A stretch of 24,000 nt of DNA from an uncultured Clostridia bacterium (lineage in GTDB: Bacteria > Bacillota > Clostridia > Oscillospirales > Ruminococcaceae), in contig CANPXN010000011.1 of the NCBI GenBank assembly GCA_947586185.1, forward strand, positions 1 to 24,000, in the 5' to 3' direction. Within the stretch, counting starts at the first letter, position 1. Each line of letters starts with the position of its first letter. The position numbers were made by a program, and so were the translations under genes. The notes under the pieces are model-generated. The model did not search any database. It saw nothing but the letters and a program-made list of their open reading frames with translations, and was not told the origin of the DNA. Positions 14,612 to 23,833 of the stretch are shown here, piece after piece.

Positions 14612-14672
14612 TGTGGGTACCAAAATGGGTGGGAAGCTTATATATTAAGCATATCACCCAAATCGTTACCCA
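14612..14672. repeat. Three-tier hairpin, copy 2
   Basis: GGGTACC (14615-21) / GTTACCC (14665-71); TGGGTG / CACCCA (14655-60); GCTTA-TATAT-TAAGC apex. The 41-nt core 14623-14663 differs from copy 1 at only a few positions. Confidence 0.7.
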
Positions 14673-14807
14673 TAGAAATGAAATTGTAAATTCTTTTATA
14701 GCACAAATCATAAATAAATTCAAAATTCAACAGTGGCTTTGCTTTAGCAAAGACGCATTCATTTCTCGCAGCGTAGCAAGAGAAATGCCTAAAGAAAGGA
14801 CAAGGAT

Positions 14808-15158
14808 ATGACAAAGAAAGAGTTTAATCAAATATGTGAAGAATACATTTCCAGAAGTGAAATTAATTCAGATATACTTATTCAGTGTTATGCTTTTTTG
14901 GACAAGAAAGTCGGCAAATATGCTTACCTGAAAAAGAAATGGGCTAACGGCGGTATAAGCAATGATTGTTATGCTGTTGAGTTTAAAAAAGCAATCGAAA
15001 AGCGAAACCAAATTGAAAAGGCTTTAATAAAATGCTATGGATATTCAGTACAGGACATTAAGAATAAAATCAATAGCATTGACATTCTTATCTATACAAG
15101 TGTATGTGATAGTGTAGTTGATTTGATAAAGTCAGATTCATTTTATCCTAAGTCTTGA
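14808..15158 (+). CDS. Hypothetical protein
   Basis: 116-aa ORF with AAGGA upstream. No motif recognised. Confidence 0.65.
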   Translation: MTKKEFNQICEEYISRSEINSDILIQCYAFLDKKVGKYAYLKKKWANGGISNDCYAVEFKKAIEKRNQIEKALIKCYGYSVQDIKNKINSIDILIYTSVCDSVVDLIKSDSFYPKS

Positions 15159-15542
15159 TAATTAGACACACACTTGCTTGCTACGCTGCACAAGCGTGTG
15201 AATCTACAGCTTGCGCTGTAGGGAAACACTATTGAAACCCTTGAAAATACTAACTCATTTTTTAATATTACTATGTTTTTATATACTCTTTTATTAAGGG
15301 CAAAGGTCAAAAAATGGCTTAAATACATGGTTTTATGAAAATTTTACTATTTTTGATTTTCTTATGGATTGAAAACAACTCTTAAAAAAGAATTCAAAAA
15401 TTTAAAATAGTAACTTAATCAAATATAGGGATTATCGAAAAAATTTTATTAGCTTATGCTTAGAAAAAAACAAGGTGGTAATTTTTGAGGTTTTTTCACA
15501 AGATTGTAAAAAATATATAGACTGGAGGAATTAATATAGGAT

Positions 15543-16997
15543 ATGCTTTTTAAAATTCTAACAGAATACAGAAACGGAAATGTTAATGCTCTAAACAAAC
15601 TTTTTACAGATATGGGAACGGTAACAGAGAATCCGACCTATGTCAATCAAATCATAATCCATGATATACCGTTGATGAATACAATAAAACGCACTTTTGA
15701 AGAGTATCAAAAGCCATATAAAACCTGTCGCAAGAAATGTATTTCTACATTTTGCGGAGATATTGAGGATATGAAGCAATTGTTTATTACAGAACTATAC
15801 AGATTATTTGATGATGATAGCTTTTTACCTGATAATGAATCTTCTATCTTCAGGGCGTTAAAGTACAATGTGACAAGAAATATTGAAGAATCTCTAAAAA
15901 CTCAGCCATTGACATCTACACTGGTTTTGAATAATAGTGAAGATGATGAAGAATACGAACTATTGCCGGAGTCACTTATATATAATCCCTTTCAGGAAAC
16001 CCCTAAAGGAGGTTATTCAGGTAAAAATAAAGCTCTTTTAAGCGTTATAAAATCCGTGGATATTGAAAGTCTTTGTCGGAAAAATGCTGAAACGCAAATT
16101 AATGTAGCCAATATCATCAAGAAATACTATAAGCCATTAGATGATAGATTCCCCGACACAAAAACTATGCTGAGCTACTATAAAAAAGAGTATGCCAATG
16201 AAATCAGCGACACAGAATATTCAAGAGCGTTAAACAGCCTTTTTAAATTAATTTGTGATAACACAATTCAGTTTAAGGGATTGAATATAAACAGGAAAGA
16301 CTATATTTCTAAGTTTGATAGCGAGGGAAATTACAGGCAGGAGATAAGCCCTATAATACAATATATCTCTTATACATCTGAGGAAACATTATTCCTTATT
16401 GATTTAGTCAATAATCTTAATGGTCATATTCCTAAAGAAATTATTGGAGATAAGTTCTACAAATTAATACAAGTTGGGATTGTAAATGACGTATGCGGAA
16501 AAAACAAAGCTGTCATAAGAGGAATTAATAATCTTGATAGCATGACCATAACAGATTATGCCGATCTGCTTGAAGCTATATATATTATGGTTAATGAATA
16601 TGTTAAAAAGCAGATAGATTTTCAGATAAAGCAATTTATATATAATAATGGAAACATAGTTTTTGATACTGGTATAGAAAATATCTGTCGGTTAGCTTTA
16701 GGAAAATTTACAGATAAAACATTTTGGACACTGAAAAACAAAAAAGATGGGTTACATATTATCACTCTGAAAAAATCGGAATGTGATTTATTTACTGCTT
16801 GCAAAGGGAAGTCATCAAACATTAAGATTAACTGTACAAAAATATATCAGATTGGCTATTGTAAGTTTTTAGTGCATGAGGAGCAGGACGAAAGATACAT
16901 TTACTGTAGGTCTGTAAAAGCAGAATTGATAAACCTATACAGAGTCAAGAACAAATATTCTGGTTGCTTATTAAAGGGTACAAAATCTGTAAAATAA
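15543..16997 (+). CDS. Hypothetical 484-aa protein
   Basis: Long clean ORF with no antisense competitor of similar length. No catalytic motif recognised. Confidence 0.8.
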   Translation: MLFKILTEYRNGNVNALNKLFTDMGTVTENPTYVNQIIIHDIPLMNTIKRTFEEYQKPYKTCRKKCISTFCGDIEDMKQLFITELYRLFDDDSFLPDNESSIFRALKYNVTRNIEESLKTQPLTSTLVLNNSEDDEEYELLPESLIYNPFQETPKGGYSGKNKALLSVIKSVDIESLCRKNAETQINVANIIKKYYKPLDDRFPDTKTMLSYYKKEYANEISDTEYSRALNSLFKLICDNTIQFKGLNINRKDYISKFDSEGNYRQEISPIIQYISYTSEETLFLIDLVNNLNGHIPKEIIGDKFYKLIQVGIVNDVCGKNKAVIRGINNLDSMTITDYADLLEAIYIMVNEYVKKQIDFQIKQFIYNNGNIVFDTGIENICRLALGKFTDKTFWTLKNKKDGLHIITLKKSECDLFTACKGKSSNIKINCTKIYQIGYCKFLVHEEQDERYIYCRSVKAELINLYRVKNKYSGCLLKGTKSVK

Positions 16998-17450
16998 AAA
17001 CATATAGTATTAGAGGAGCAAGAACAGCAGAGTTTCAAAACAGCTTATTACTGTTCGCAATTCTTCTCTCGTCCGCTCTATTGGTGTTTAAGGGGCGGAC
17101 AAACCACCATGACAATTGCAATGATATTGAAGTGGTGACCAATGGGGTATATAGCTTCAAAACGGCTAAAGCTCCTAATATATGGGGGGGTGGTGTTTAA
17201 CCTCCATATACGCCTATGTGTATTGGAACAGCATAGGCGATATCACAGCCGAAAACCGCATGAGGTTGAAGCAGTGTTCAATATGCTCTCTGTCGCAATA
17301 TCAATTATATATGAGCCTTACAATTTAGTATGATTAAAGGGAACGAGTAAAAAACAATAATTGAGTTTGCGACAGGAGGAATTATATTAGCTATGGCTTA
17401 ATGGCTGTAGCTGATATATTAACAATTTCTTGAAAGGAGGGTATGTGCAA

Positions 17451-17669
17451 ATGTCAGTACCAGTTACGTTAAAGGAAGTAATAAAAGAATTTCTCAAACG
17501 GTCAGAGATGAAAAAGACATCATTCTGTAAGCATTGTGACATTAGCATTACTACGTTACATCAGTATTTTATTGGTGAACGTAATATAAGCAGCAATGCG
17601 GAAGCCAGAATAAAAAATTTTATGGCAGACTATGTGCAAAGCCTTGTGGAACTGAGCAAGAGCAATTAA
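17451..17669 (+). CDS. Small HTH (XRE-like) protein
   Basis: KKTSFCKHCDISITTLHQYFIGERNIS has an HTH pattern. ATG 17451 lies 9 nt after GGAGGG; the ORF track starts at TTG 17430. Confidence 0.65.
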   Translation: MSVPVTLKEVIKEFLKRSEMKKTSFCKHCDISITTLHQYFIGERNISSNAEARIKNFMADYVQSLVELSKSN

Positions 17670-17782
17670 GAGTAAAAAGCCAATATGAAATAGTGGTTTT
17701 ATTGGGTGGTGATAATATGCTGTGTGGTTAAATAACAATAAAAACAGTTGTAAAAATATATGACAAAGGAGAGAAAGCAAAA

Positions 17783-18337
17783 ATGTCTAATATGAAGAAA
17801 ATGGACGTCAAATATAATGCTATTGGCGTTATTAAATCGCAAATATGTTCTGCTATCGTTCAATCTGAGGCTGTCAGAAACGCTTTGGATTTTAAAGGAA
17901 CAGACTGTAATGACTACGACCCCGACGACCCATTCACCTTAATACATAATTGTGTTATTCCTTGGCTGCAACATCCAGAAACAATTACTACAACAGAGCC
18001 AATAGTTTTTGTGGGAGTAAAGGCTTCCGAGAATTCCCGTAATCCTTATCTGTTATCAGCAACAGTGACAATAATTTGTTCTGTAGATAAAGATGATATG
18101 AGAACTACTACTGGTTATTTTCGTGAGGATTTGCTTGAAAACGGTTGTATTTGTTATACAAGAGCAGATTGGATTGCTGATGAAATAATTAAGTGTATTT
18201 CCTCTATTCAAGGCACTTGGATTGGAGATATAGAGGTTGTTAATTCGTCTGAATATGCAATTAGCAATACGCGTTACGGGCGTAACCTTGAATTTAGATT
18301 AAGAGATGTAAACATAGGAAAGTTGATGCAGAATTAA
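17783..18337 (+). CDS. Hypothetical protein (virion/tail-associated only by position)
   Basis: 184-aa ORF with AAGGAGAG upstream. Confidence 0.75.
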   Translation: MSNMKKMDVKYNAIGVIKSQICSAIVQSEAVRNALDFKGTDCNDYDPDDPFTLIHNCVIPWLQHPETITTTEPIVFVGVKASENSRNPYLLSATVTIICSVDKDDMRTTTGYFREDLLENGCICYTRADWIADEIIKCISSIQGTWIGDIEVVNSSEYAISNTRYGRNLEFRLRDVNIGKLMQN

Positions 18338-18432
18338 AACACGATTAAAAAAATGAATTATTTATAATGGTTAGTGAAGGAAAATGACATTGAGCAGCTA
18401 CACCAGAACTGCATAAGCGGTCGGTTAAAAAT

Positions 18433-18460
18433 ATAAGGCTGTAGTCATATACAGCCTTAT
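18433..18460 (-). terminator. Terminator of the Zn-ribbon gene
   Basis: ATAAGGCTGTA (18433-43) / TACAGCCTTAT (18450-60) is a perfect 11-bp stem. On the - strand it is followed by ATTTTTAA. Confidence 0.7.
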
Positions 18461-18470
18461 ACAAGATATA

Positions 18471-18830
18471 TTACCACTTATAGCCGCACTGTTTACAGTG
18501 CATAGACTTCCCGAAGTTTGAACTAAATACGCCAACAGCAGCGAAGCCAACTAACTTTTTACCAGTAGAAATTTTTTCAACTTTAGTACTTCCACAAGTT
18601 GGACAAGTAGGGAGATTGATATGTGAGAATGTTTGAGGCTCAAGAGGAATATATTTGTCGGTGTGTTTTCTGCCACAGTTTGAGCAGACCAATTCTACAC
18701 CATCTTTGAGAACACAATATTTTTCGGAGCGACTTTCTAAATCTGAGAATAGAATTGTTTTTATTCTTTTACATTCACATCGAAGCAAAGCTCCCTGTTC
18801 TTCTTCCATATAATCAACTAATTCAAACAT
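18471..18830 (-). CDS. Four-CxxC zinc-ribbon protein (moron-like)
   Basis: Four Cys pairs: CECK, CSNCG, CPTCG, CKQCG. GGAGG lies upstream. Opposite strand to all neighbours. Confidence 0.8.
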   Translation of the reverse strand: MFELVDYMEEEQGALLRCECKRIKTILFSDLESRSEKYCVLKDGVELVCSNCGRKHTDKYIPLEPQTFSHINLPTCPTCGSTKVEKISTGKKLVGFAAVGVFSSNFGKSMHCKQCGYKW

Positions 18831-18867
18831 ATCCTACACCTCCTAAAGCATACTTTTATTTAAACAT

Positions 18868-18896
18868 ATTATACCATATTAGTGATATAAAGTCAA
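18868..18896 (-). promoter_or_regulatory. Consensus promoter of the Zn-ribbon gene
   Basis: On the - strand: TTGACT (18896-18891), 17-nt spacer, TGgTATAAT (-10 at 18873-18868). Confidence 0.7.
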
Positions 18897-19121
18897 GTTA
18901 TTTTAGCAAATTTTACGGTTGTATCATACAGAGTCCCTTTGCCATGTAGATGGTAAGTTGGTGGTCTGTCTGACTTTGACCTGTTGAAGAGGTAAGACAT
19001 TTTTGGGTTACCTTTACAAAACCCGTATTCTTTCATAAGGAGAGTGATTAAATTGCAAGATTAAAGATATCTACAACTAATAATAATCAAAAATATACTG
19101 TACCAGAAAGGAATTAAAAAT

Positions 19122-22100
19122 ATGTCTGATAATAATAACGAATTGAACATTGAAATTAGAGCGGAGCTTGATATTGAAAAAAGCATTGCAAAAATTAACG
19201 CCGACTTGGAGAAAATAGAAGAACAAATTAAAGAGCTGGAGGTAAATGTTTCTTTAAATAAAGGCGATAGCTTGAAAAAAATCAATAATCAGATTGAAGA
19301 ACTGAATAAACAGAAACAGGATTTAACCGCAGAACTTAAATTAAATCAAGACGCTTTAAAAAAGCAGTACAAAGAAATTCAAAATAACAATGAAATATCC
19401 CTTGATATTGAAACCGACAAAGCGTCTAAACAGCTTTCAGGGATTAGCGGTAATATTTCAAGCGTTAATGCTGAAACTATGGGACTTGCTCATTCTTTCA
19501 AAAGTGCTTTTGCTAATATGGGTTTAGCCTTATCTACAGAAAGCATATTAAGAACTATTAAGCAGCTTGAAGAAGAAGCAACAGAGGCGGTAAAACTATA
19601 TGACAAGATGAGTACAAACCTCAAGATCATTACAGGCAAAAGTGATGTATCGGATTTGATAGGTAGCTATGCTGAAAAAGCACTGGATATGAAAGTGGAT
19701 ATCTCAGAGTACGAAAAGGCATCAGAGGTTATTCTCCGTGCCGGAAAGAACCTTGAAGAATCCAACCAATATACAGAAACAGCTATAAAATTAAGCAAAA
19801 CAGGATTTATTAATGCTGATGATTCAGCCGAAAATCTTCTTGTAATAGCTAATGCTTACGACCTCACGGCTGATAAGTTGGAAAGTGTTACCGATGCCCT
19901 ACTAACATTGGACACCTCTACTAACACAGAAGCCGGAGCATTGTCGGAAGCTATGTCAAAATCCGCAAAGAATGCTCAATTAGCTGGCTTATCATATGAA
20001 AAACTTGGAGCAATCATAGCTAAGTTAAAGGATTCAACCGGTAAGAGCGAGTCGGAACTCTCTACCAGCCTTAACCAAATATTTAATAGAACATATAGAG
20101 TCAAGCCAAACGCATATACTTTCGAGAATGAAGCCGGTGAAATTGAAAATCTATCAAAGCCTCTCTCGGATGTAGAGAAGATAATGAATCAGTTAGGAAT
20201 TTCTATTCGAGAGTCAAGTACTCGATTTAAGAGCTTTGAGGACATCATTTCTACTATTGCTCCTATATGGAAAGACCTTGATTCAGTAGATCAGAACGCC
20301 ATATCGAGCGTCTTCGCCGGGCAGCATAAAAATGTTTTCCTTAATTTGGTAAATGATTGGGACGAGATTAACGCTCTCACAAAAGAAGCCGAAAATAGTA
20401 GTGGAGCGACCGCCTCTAAATATAATAGCTACCTTGAATCTATCGAGAGCAAGAGCGCAGCACTTTCAACTGCCACAAAAGAGTTGTGGAATAATCTTGT
20501 CCCTGATAATACTGTTGCTAATTTGACAGATGCGACAACTTCACTTATTCAGTTCGTTGACGAATATGAGGTTTTACAGAATATAGCCAAAACTGGTCTT
20601 GTGTACGGCTTAGCAAAAGGCTTTATATCAGCTAAAAGTGGATTTGCCGGAATGGTGAAAGACGTAAAAAATGTGTCTACAGCATTTTCACAGTTGGAGG
20701 CTGTACAAAAATCTTCGTTTGGTACTAATGAATACGATGCATCTATTCAGAATTTGGGAGACACTATTTCAAATCTATCAGACAAACAGGCAAAATTGGT
20801 ATTAAGTACAAAATCATTAAGTAAAAAACAGAGATTAGCAATTATTGAAGCTTCAGGAGTAGAAAAAGCCGAGGCAAAAGCAAAGTTGGAAACATTAGGA
20901 CTTGCTAAAGCACAGGAAACCGCTGCAAACAGTACTTTCAGCTTAAAGGGCAGTATGAAATCGCTATGGGCAGTAATGAAGGCTAATCCTATCGGGGTGT
21001 TAACGGTTGCGTTTGGACTCATTTCTACTGGCATATCCATTTATAAGCAGAAGCAGGAAGAAGCTATACAGTCTGCTAAACAGTCCGCACAGGAAACAAG
21101 CGATTATATAGATTCATTAAGTGGATTGAAAGATAAGTACCTTGAAATTGTTGACAGTGAAAACTCAGTTTCAGAAAAAACAAAAGAGCTTAACCAGTTC
21201 AAGCAAGAGTTAATAGAAACATACGGATTTGAGAAAGATGTAATTGACGAGTTAAACTTGTCTCGTGAACATGGCGTTGAATTACTCGATAAAGAAGCTC
21301 AGAATAATGCACGATCAAAGCGTAATGAATTTTATGCACAGAATGATAAAGCTATTGACAAGGCTATTGAAAAAGTTGAAACAAATCAGGGTATTGAAGT
21401 GAAGACATCAATAGTCCGTACAAACGAAATATCCGACGATATTAAAAATATTTTTTCTAATATTTCATACAAAGATGCGCTTGGTGGCAATGAATGGTCT
21501 TTTAAAATAGATGCTAACAATGTTTTTGACGAATATGAAAAGATAAATTCTATTATAGCAGACTTGCAAAACAGAAGCTTAAACTCTTCAGAAACAAATT
21601 TGTATAAAGCGTTGGTGTCAAAGTCTAAAGAATTAAAAGAAATTATTGATGATTACGGAAAAACCTATAACACATATTATGATTATAAGGCACAAGATTT
21701 GTTTTATGATTATATTGATAAGTTTGGAGACGCTTCGCAATTATCAGGTAAAAAGCTAAAAGATTGGAAACAGAGCTTAATAGAAACAGCGGACGGCAAT
21801 ACTGTGCTGGAAGAATCGTTGACTAATTTAATTGATAAGATTTATCAGTTTGATAATGCAGAAAATAAAGTAACTTCCATTAGCGGTTTAGATGTAAATA
21901 CAGATGATATTTCAAAGTCCCTTGAGGAATACTCAAACCAAATATCTGACTTCATTTCCGAAAAAGAAAAAATAGATGCTGCTCTAAAGGAGCAAGAAGA
22001 AAATGGCGGTATTTCCATTAAAACTGCTTTTGACCTATCCACAAGCGGTTATCAGTCTGCAATACAGTTTGACAGAGAAACAAACTCTTATAAATTGTTG

Positions 22101-23744
22101 CGTAAAGAAATTGATAAGGTTGCAAAATCAAGACGTGCCGAATTAAAGGTAAAGCTTGAAAGTGAAAAATCCCGTCTTACTAAGAATAATTCAGATGAGC
22201 TTGAAAATTGGCGTAAAAACACTGGTAGAACTAAAGATGATGTGTTGTATCAGGCTAAACTTAAAGAATATAATGCATCTGTACAGGATATAACCTCAAG
22301 CTATGATCTATACATATCAATGTTGGAAAAAGCCGATTTTGCTACATCAAATTTCAGCGATACAGTTTCAAAAACCAATCAGGACATAGAAAAGTATTCC
22401 GAAAACATTTCAAAGATAAGCAATTCAAAGTCGACTGTAAAATCGGCACAGGAAGAACAAGAAAAGTTTGGACGATTATCTATTGACACCATAAAATCAC
22501 TGCATGAAGCAGGATTGAGTGGAGCAATGTCGTACAATGAAATGACTGGCGAAACATATCTGCTTGTAGACGCTATTGACGAATTAACAAGAGCGCAGAT
22601 TGAAAATCAAAAGGTTGATATAAACAAATCCATTACAGAAACCACAAATAAAATAGCTGAGGCTTCCGAAAGATTAAGAAACATAGGAAACCCTTCTGAT
22701 GCTTACACAGCTAATATGGTTTCAGGACTGAATCAGAACATAGCTCAGTGGCAGAGCCAGCTTGACGAGCTTGGTATTCAAAAAATGGAGCTTGGTTCAT
22801 TGTTGTTCTCCTTTGAAACCGATGATGAATCAACAAAACAGTCTGCCGAAGAAGCAGCTGAGAAAGCTCTCGAAGAATACATTAATTCTATCAAGGAAGC
22901 CTTTGATAAAGAGAAATCAGACCTTGACCATTTATTAAACATGGACGTAATTTCTCAAGAAGAATATTACAACAGATTGTTTGGCTTAAATGAGAAGTAT
23001 TTCAAAGGCAAAACAGAACTTCTTGACGAGTACAGACAGTATGAGGAAGAAGTTTACAAGGGGCTAAAGCAAAAGCAGATTGATGCTATTCAGGAACAGA
23101 TAGATGCTCTTAAATCTGTTAATGAGGAAAAGCAGGAAGAAATCGACCTTGAAAAAGCTAAACAAGCTCTTGAAAATGCAAAACGCAATAAGACTATTAG
23201 TGTATATGATTCAGAGCGTGGTTGGATTAATGAAACCGACAGAAAAGCTATTGATACGGCTCAGAAAGAATATGATGATCTTGTTCTGAATGAGAAAATC
23301 GAAGCTCTTGAAAACATGATTGACGCTATTGAAAATGGCACTAATACAAGCCATAGCCTTGATGAGAGTGTTGACGTTATTCAGCAGGTAGGAAATATTA
23401 TGAATGGCAGTCAGGAAGATTTTATAAATAATATTAAGAGCACTCTTATTAATCATGGTGAAAATCCAATTGATTATATAAATCAATTAAACTCATTGCC
23501 TATTGATAATGTGGTATCTGACCAGATGTTAAGAAGCATTCAAACAATGCAGGAAAACATTTATACAACTAATAATAAAAGAATGACCGTTAATATTGAT
23601 AAAGTTGTTGCAGATGATCCTATGAGATTTGCAGAACAGATGGAACAGATAGCTAACAAAAGCTTTGATACAAAATTCATGCCAGCAATGAACGATTTGG
23701 CAGAGGATATTAAAAGGCATAGAGCTAATCATTCCAGTTATTAA
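19122..23744 (+). CDS. Phage tail tape measure protein (TP901-family core)
   Basis: 1540 aa with extensive coiled coil. The core region is LSKTGFINADDSAENLLVIANAYDL...EAGALSEAMSKSAKNAQLAGLSYEKLGAIIA. A hydrophobic segment (PIGVLTVAFGLISTGISIY) is present. Confidence 0.9.
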   Translation: MSDNNNELNIEIRAELDIEKSIAKINADLEKIEEQIKELEVNVSLNKGDSLKKINNQIEELNKQKQDLTAELKLNQDALKKQYKEIQNNNEISLDIETDKASKQLSGISGNISSVNAETMGLAHSFKSAFANMGLALSTESILRTIKQLEEEATEAVKLYDKMSTNLKIITGKSDVSDLIGSYAEKALDMKVDISEYEKASEVILRAGKNLEESNQYTETAIKLSKTGFINADDSAENLLVIANAYDLTADKLESVTDALLTLDTSTNTEAGALSEAMSKSAKNAQLAGLSYEKLGAIIAKLKDSTGKSESELSTSLNQIFNRTYRVKPNAYTFENEAGEIENLSKPLSDVEKIMNQLGISIRESSTRFKSFEDIISTIAPIWKDLDSVDQNAISSVFAGQHKNVFLNLVNDWDEINALTKEAENSSGATASKYNSYLESIESKSAALSTATKELWNNLVPDNTVANLTDATTSLIQFVDEYEVLQNIAKTGLVYGLAKGFISAKSGFAGMVKDVKNVSTAFSQLEAVQKSSFGTNEYDASIQNLGDTISNLSDKQAKLVLSTKSLSKKQRLAIIEASGVEKAEAKAKLETLGLAKAQETAANSTFSLKGSMKSLWAVMKANPIGVLTVAFGLISTGISIYKQKQEEAIQSAKQSAQETSDYIDSLSGLKDKYLEIVDSENSVSEKTKELNQFKQELIETYGFEKDVIDELNLSREHGVELLDKEAQNNARSKRNEFYAQNDKAIDKAIEKVETNQGIEVKTSIVRTNEISDDIKNIFSNISYKDALGGNEWSFKIDANNVFDEYEKINSIIADLQNRSLNSSETNLYKALVSKSKELKEIIDDYGKTYNTYYDYKAQDLFYDYIDKFGDASQLSGKKLKDWKQSLIETADGNTVLEESLTNLIDKIYQFDNAENKVTSISGLDVNTDDISKSLEEYSNQISDFISEKEKIDAALKEQEENGGISIKTAFDLSTSGYQSAIQFDRETNSYKLLRKEIDKVAKSRRAELKVKLESEKSRLTKNNSDELENWRKNTGRTKDDVLYQAKLKEYNASVQDITSSYDLYISMLEKADFATSNFSDTVSKTNQDIEKYSENISKISNSKSTVKSAQEEQEKFGRLSIDTIKSLHEAGLSGAMSYNEMTGETYLLVDAIDELTRAQIENQKVDINKSITETTNKIAEASERLRNIGNPSDAYTANMVSGLNQNIAQWQSQLDELGIQKMELGSLLFSFETDDESTKQSAEEAAEKALEEYINSIKEAFDKEKSDLDHLLNMDVISQEEYYNRLFGLNEKYFKGKTELLDEYRQYEEEVYKGLKQKQIDAIQEQIDALKSVNEEKQEEIDLEKAKQALENAKRNKTISVYDSERGWINETDRKAIDTAQKEYDDLVLNEKIEALENMIDAIENGTNTSHSLDESVDVIQQVGNIMNGSQEDFINNIKSTLINHGENPIDYINQLNSLPIDNVVSDQMLRSIQTMQENIYTTNNKRMTVNIDKVVADDPMRFAEQMEQIANKSFDTKFMPAMNDLAEDIKRHRANHSSY

Positions 23745-23833
23745 AGTATTATTTGCGCCCTGCCGTTGGGTGGGGCGTATAATTTCTAAAAGATGTAAAA
23801 CATAAATAATCAATAGACTGGAGGCAATCAATA

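Noticed and set aside
14611-14811. 66-aa ORF overlapping hairpin copy 2
   Set aside because: It has a TTG start and no RBS, and its sequence is dictated by the palindromic repeat. The ORF at 14808 has a proper RBS.
17071-17109. H-type pseudoknot from GTCCGC/GCGGAC plus TGGTGTTT/AAACCACCA
   Set aside because: Zero nucleotides separate the 3' strand of stem 1 from the 3' strand of stem 2. Simultaneous formation therefore looks sterically implausible, and I treat the two helices as alternatives.
17144-17214. 71-nt tRNA-like fold: GGGGTAT(AT)/(AT)ATACGCC acceptor-like helix, AGCT/AGCT arm, GGTGG-TGTTTAA-CCTCC arm
   Set aside because: It has mismatches in the acceptor and T stems, no TPsiC-type loop, no 5-bp/7-nt anticodon arm, and A rather than U at position 8. 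The alternative 10-bp hairpin 17179-17210 uses the same bases. I do not call it a tRNA gene.
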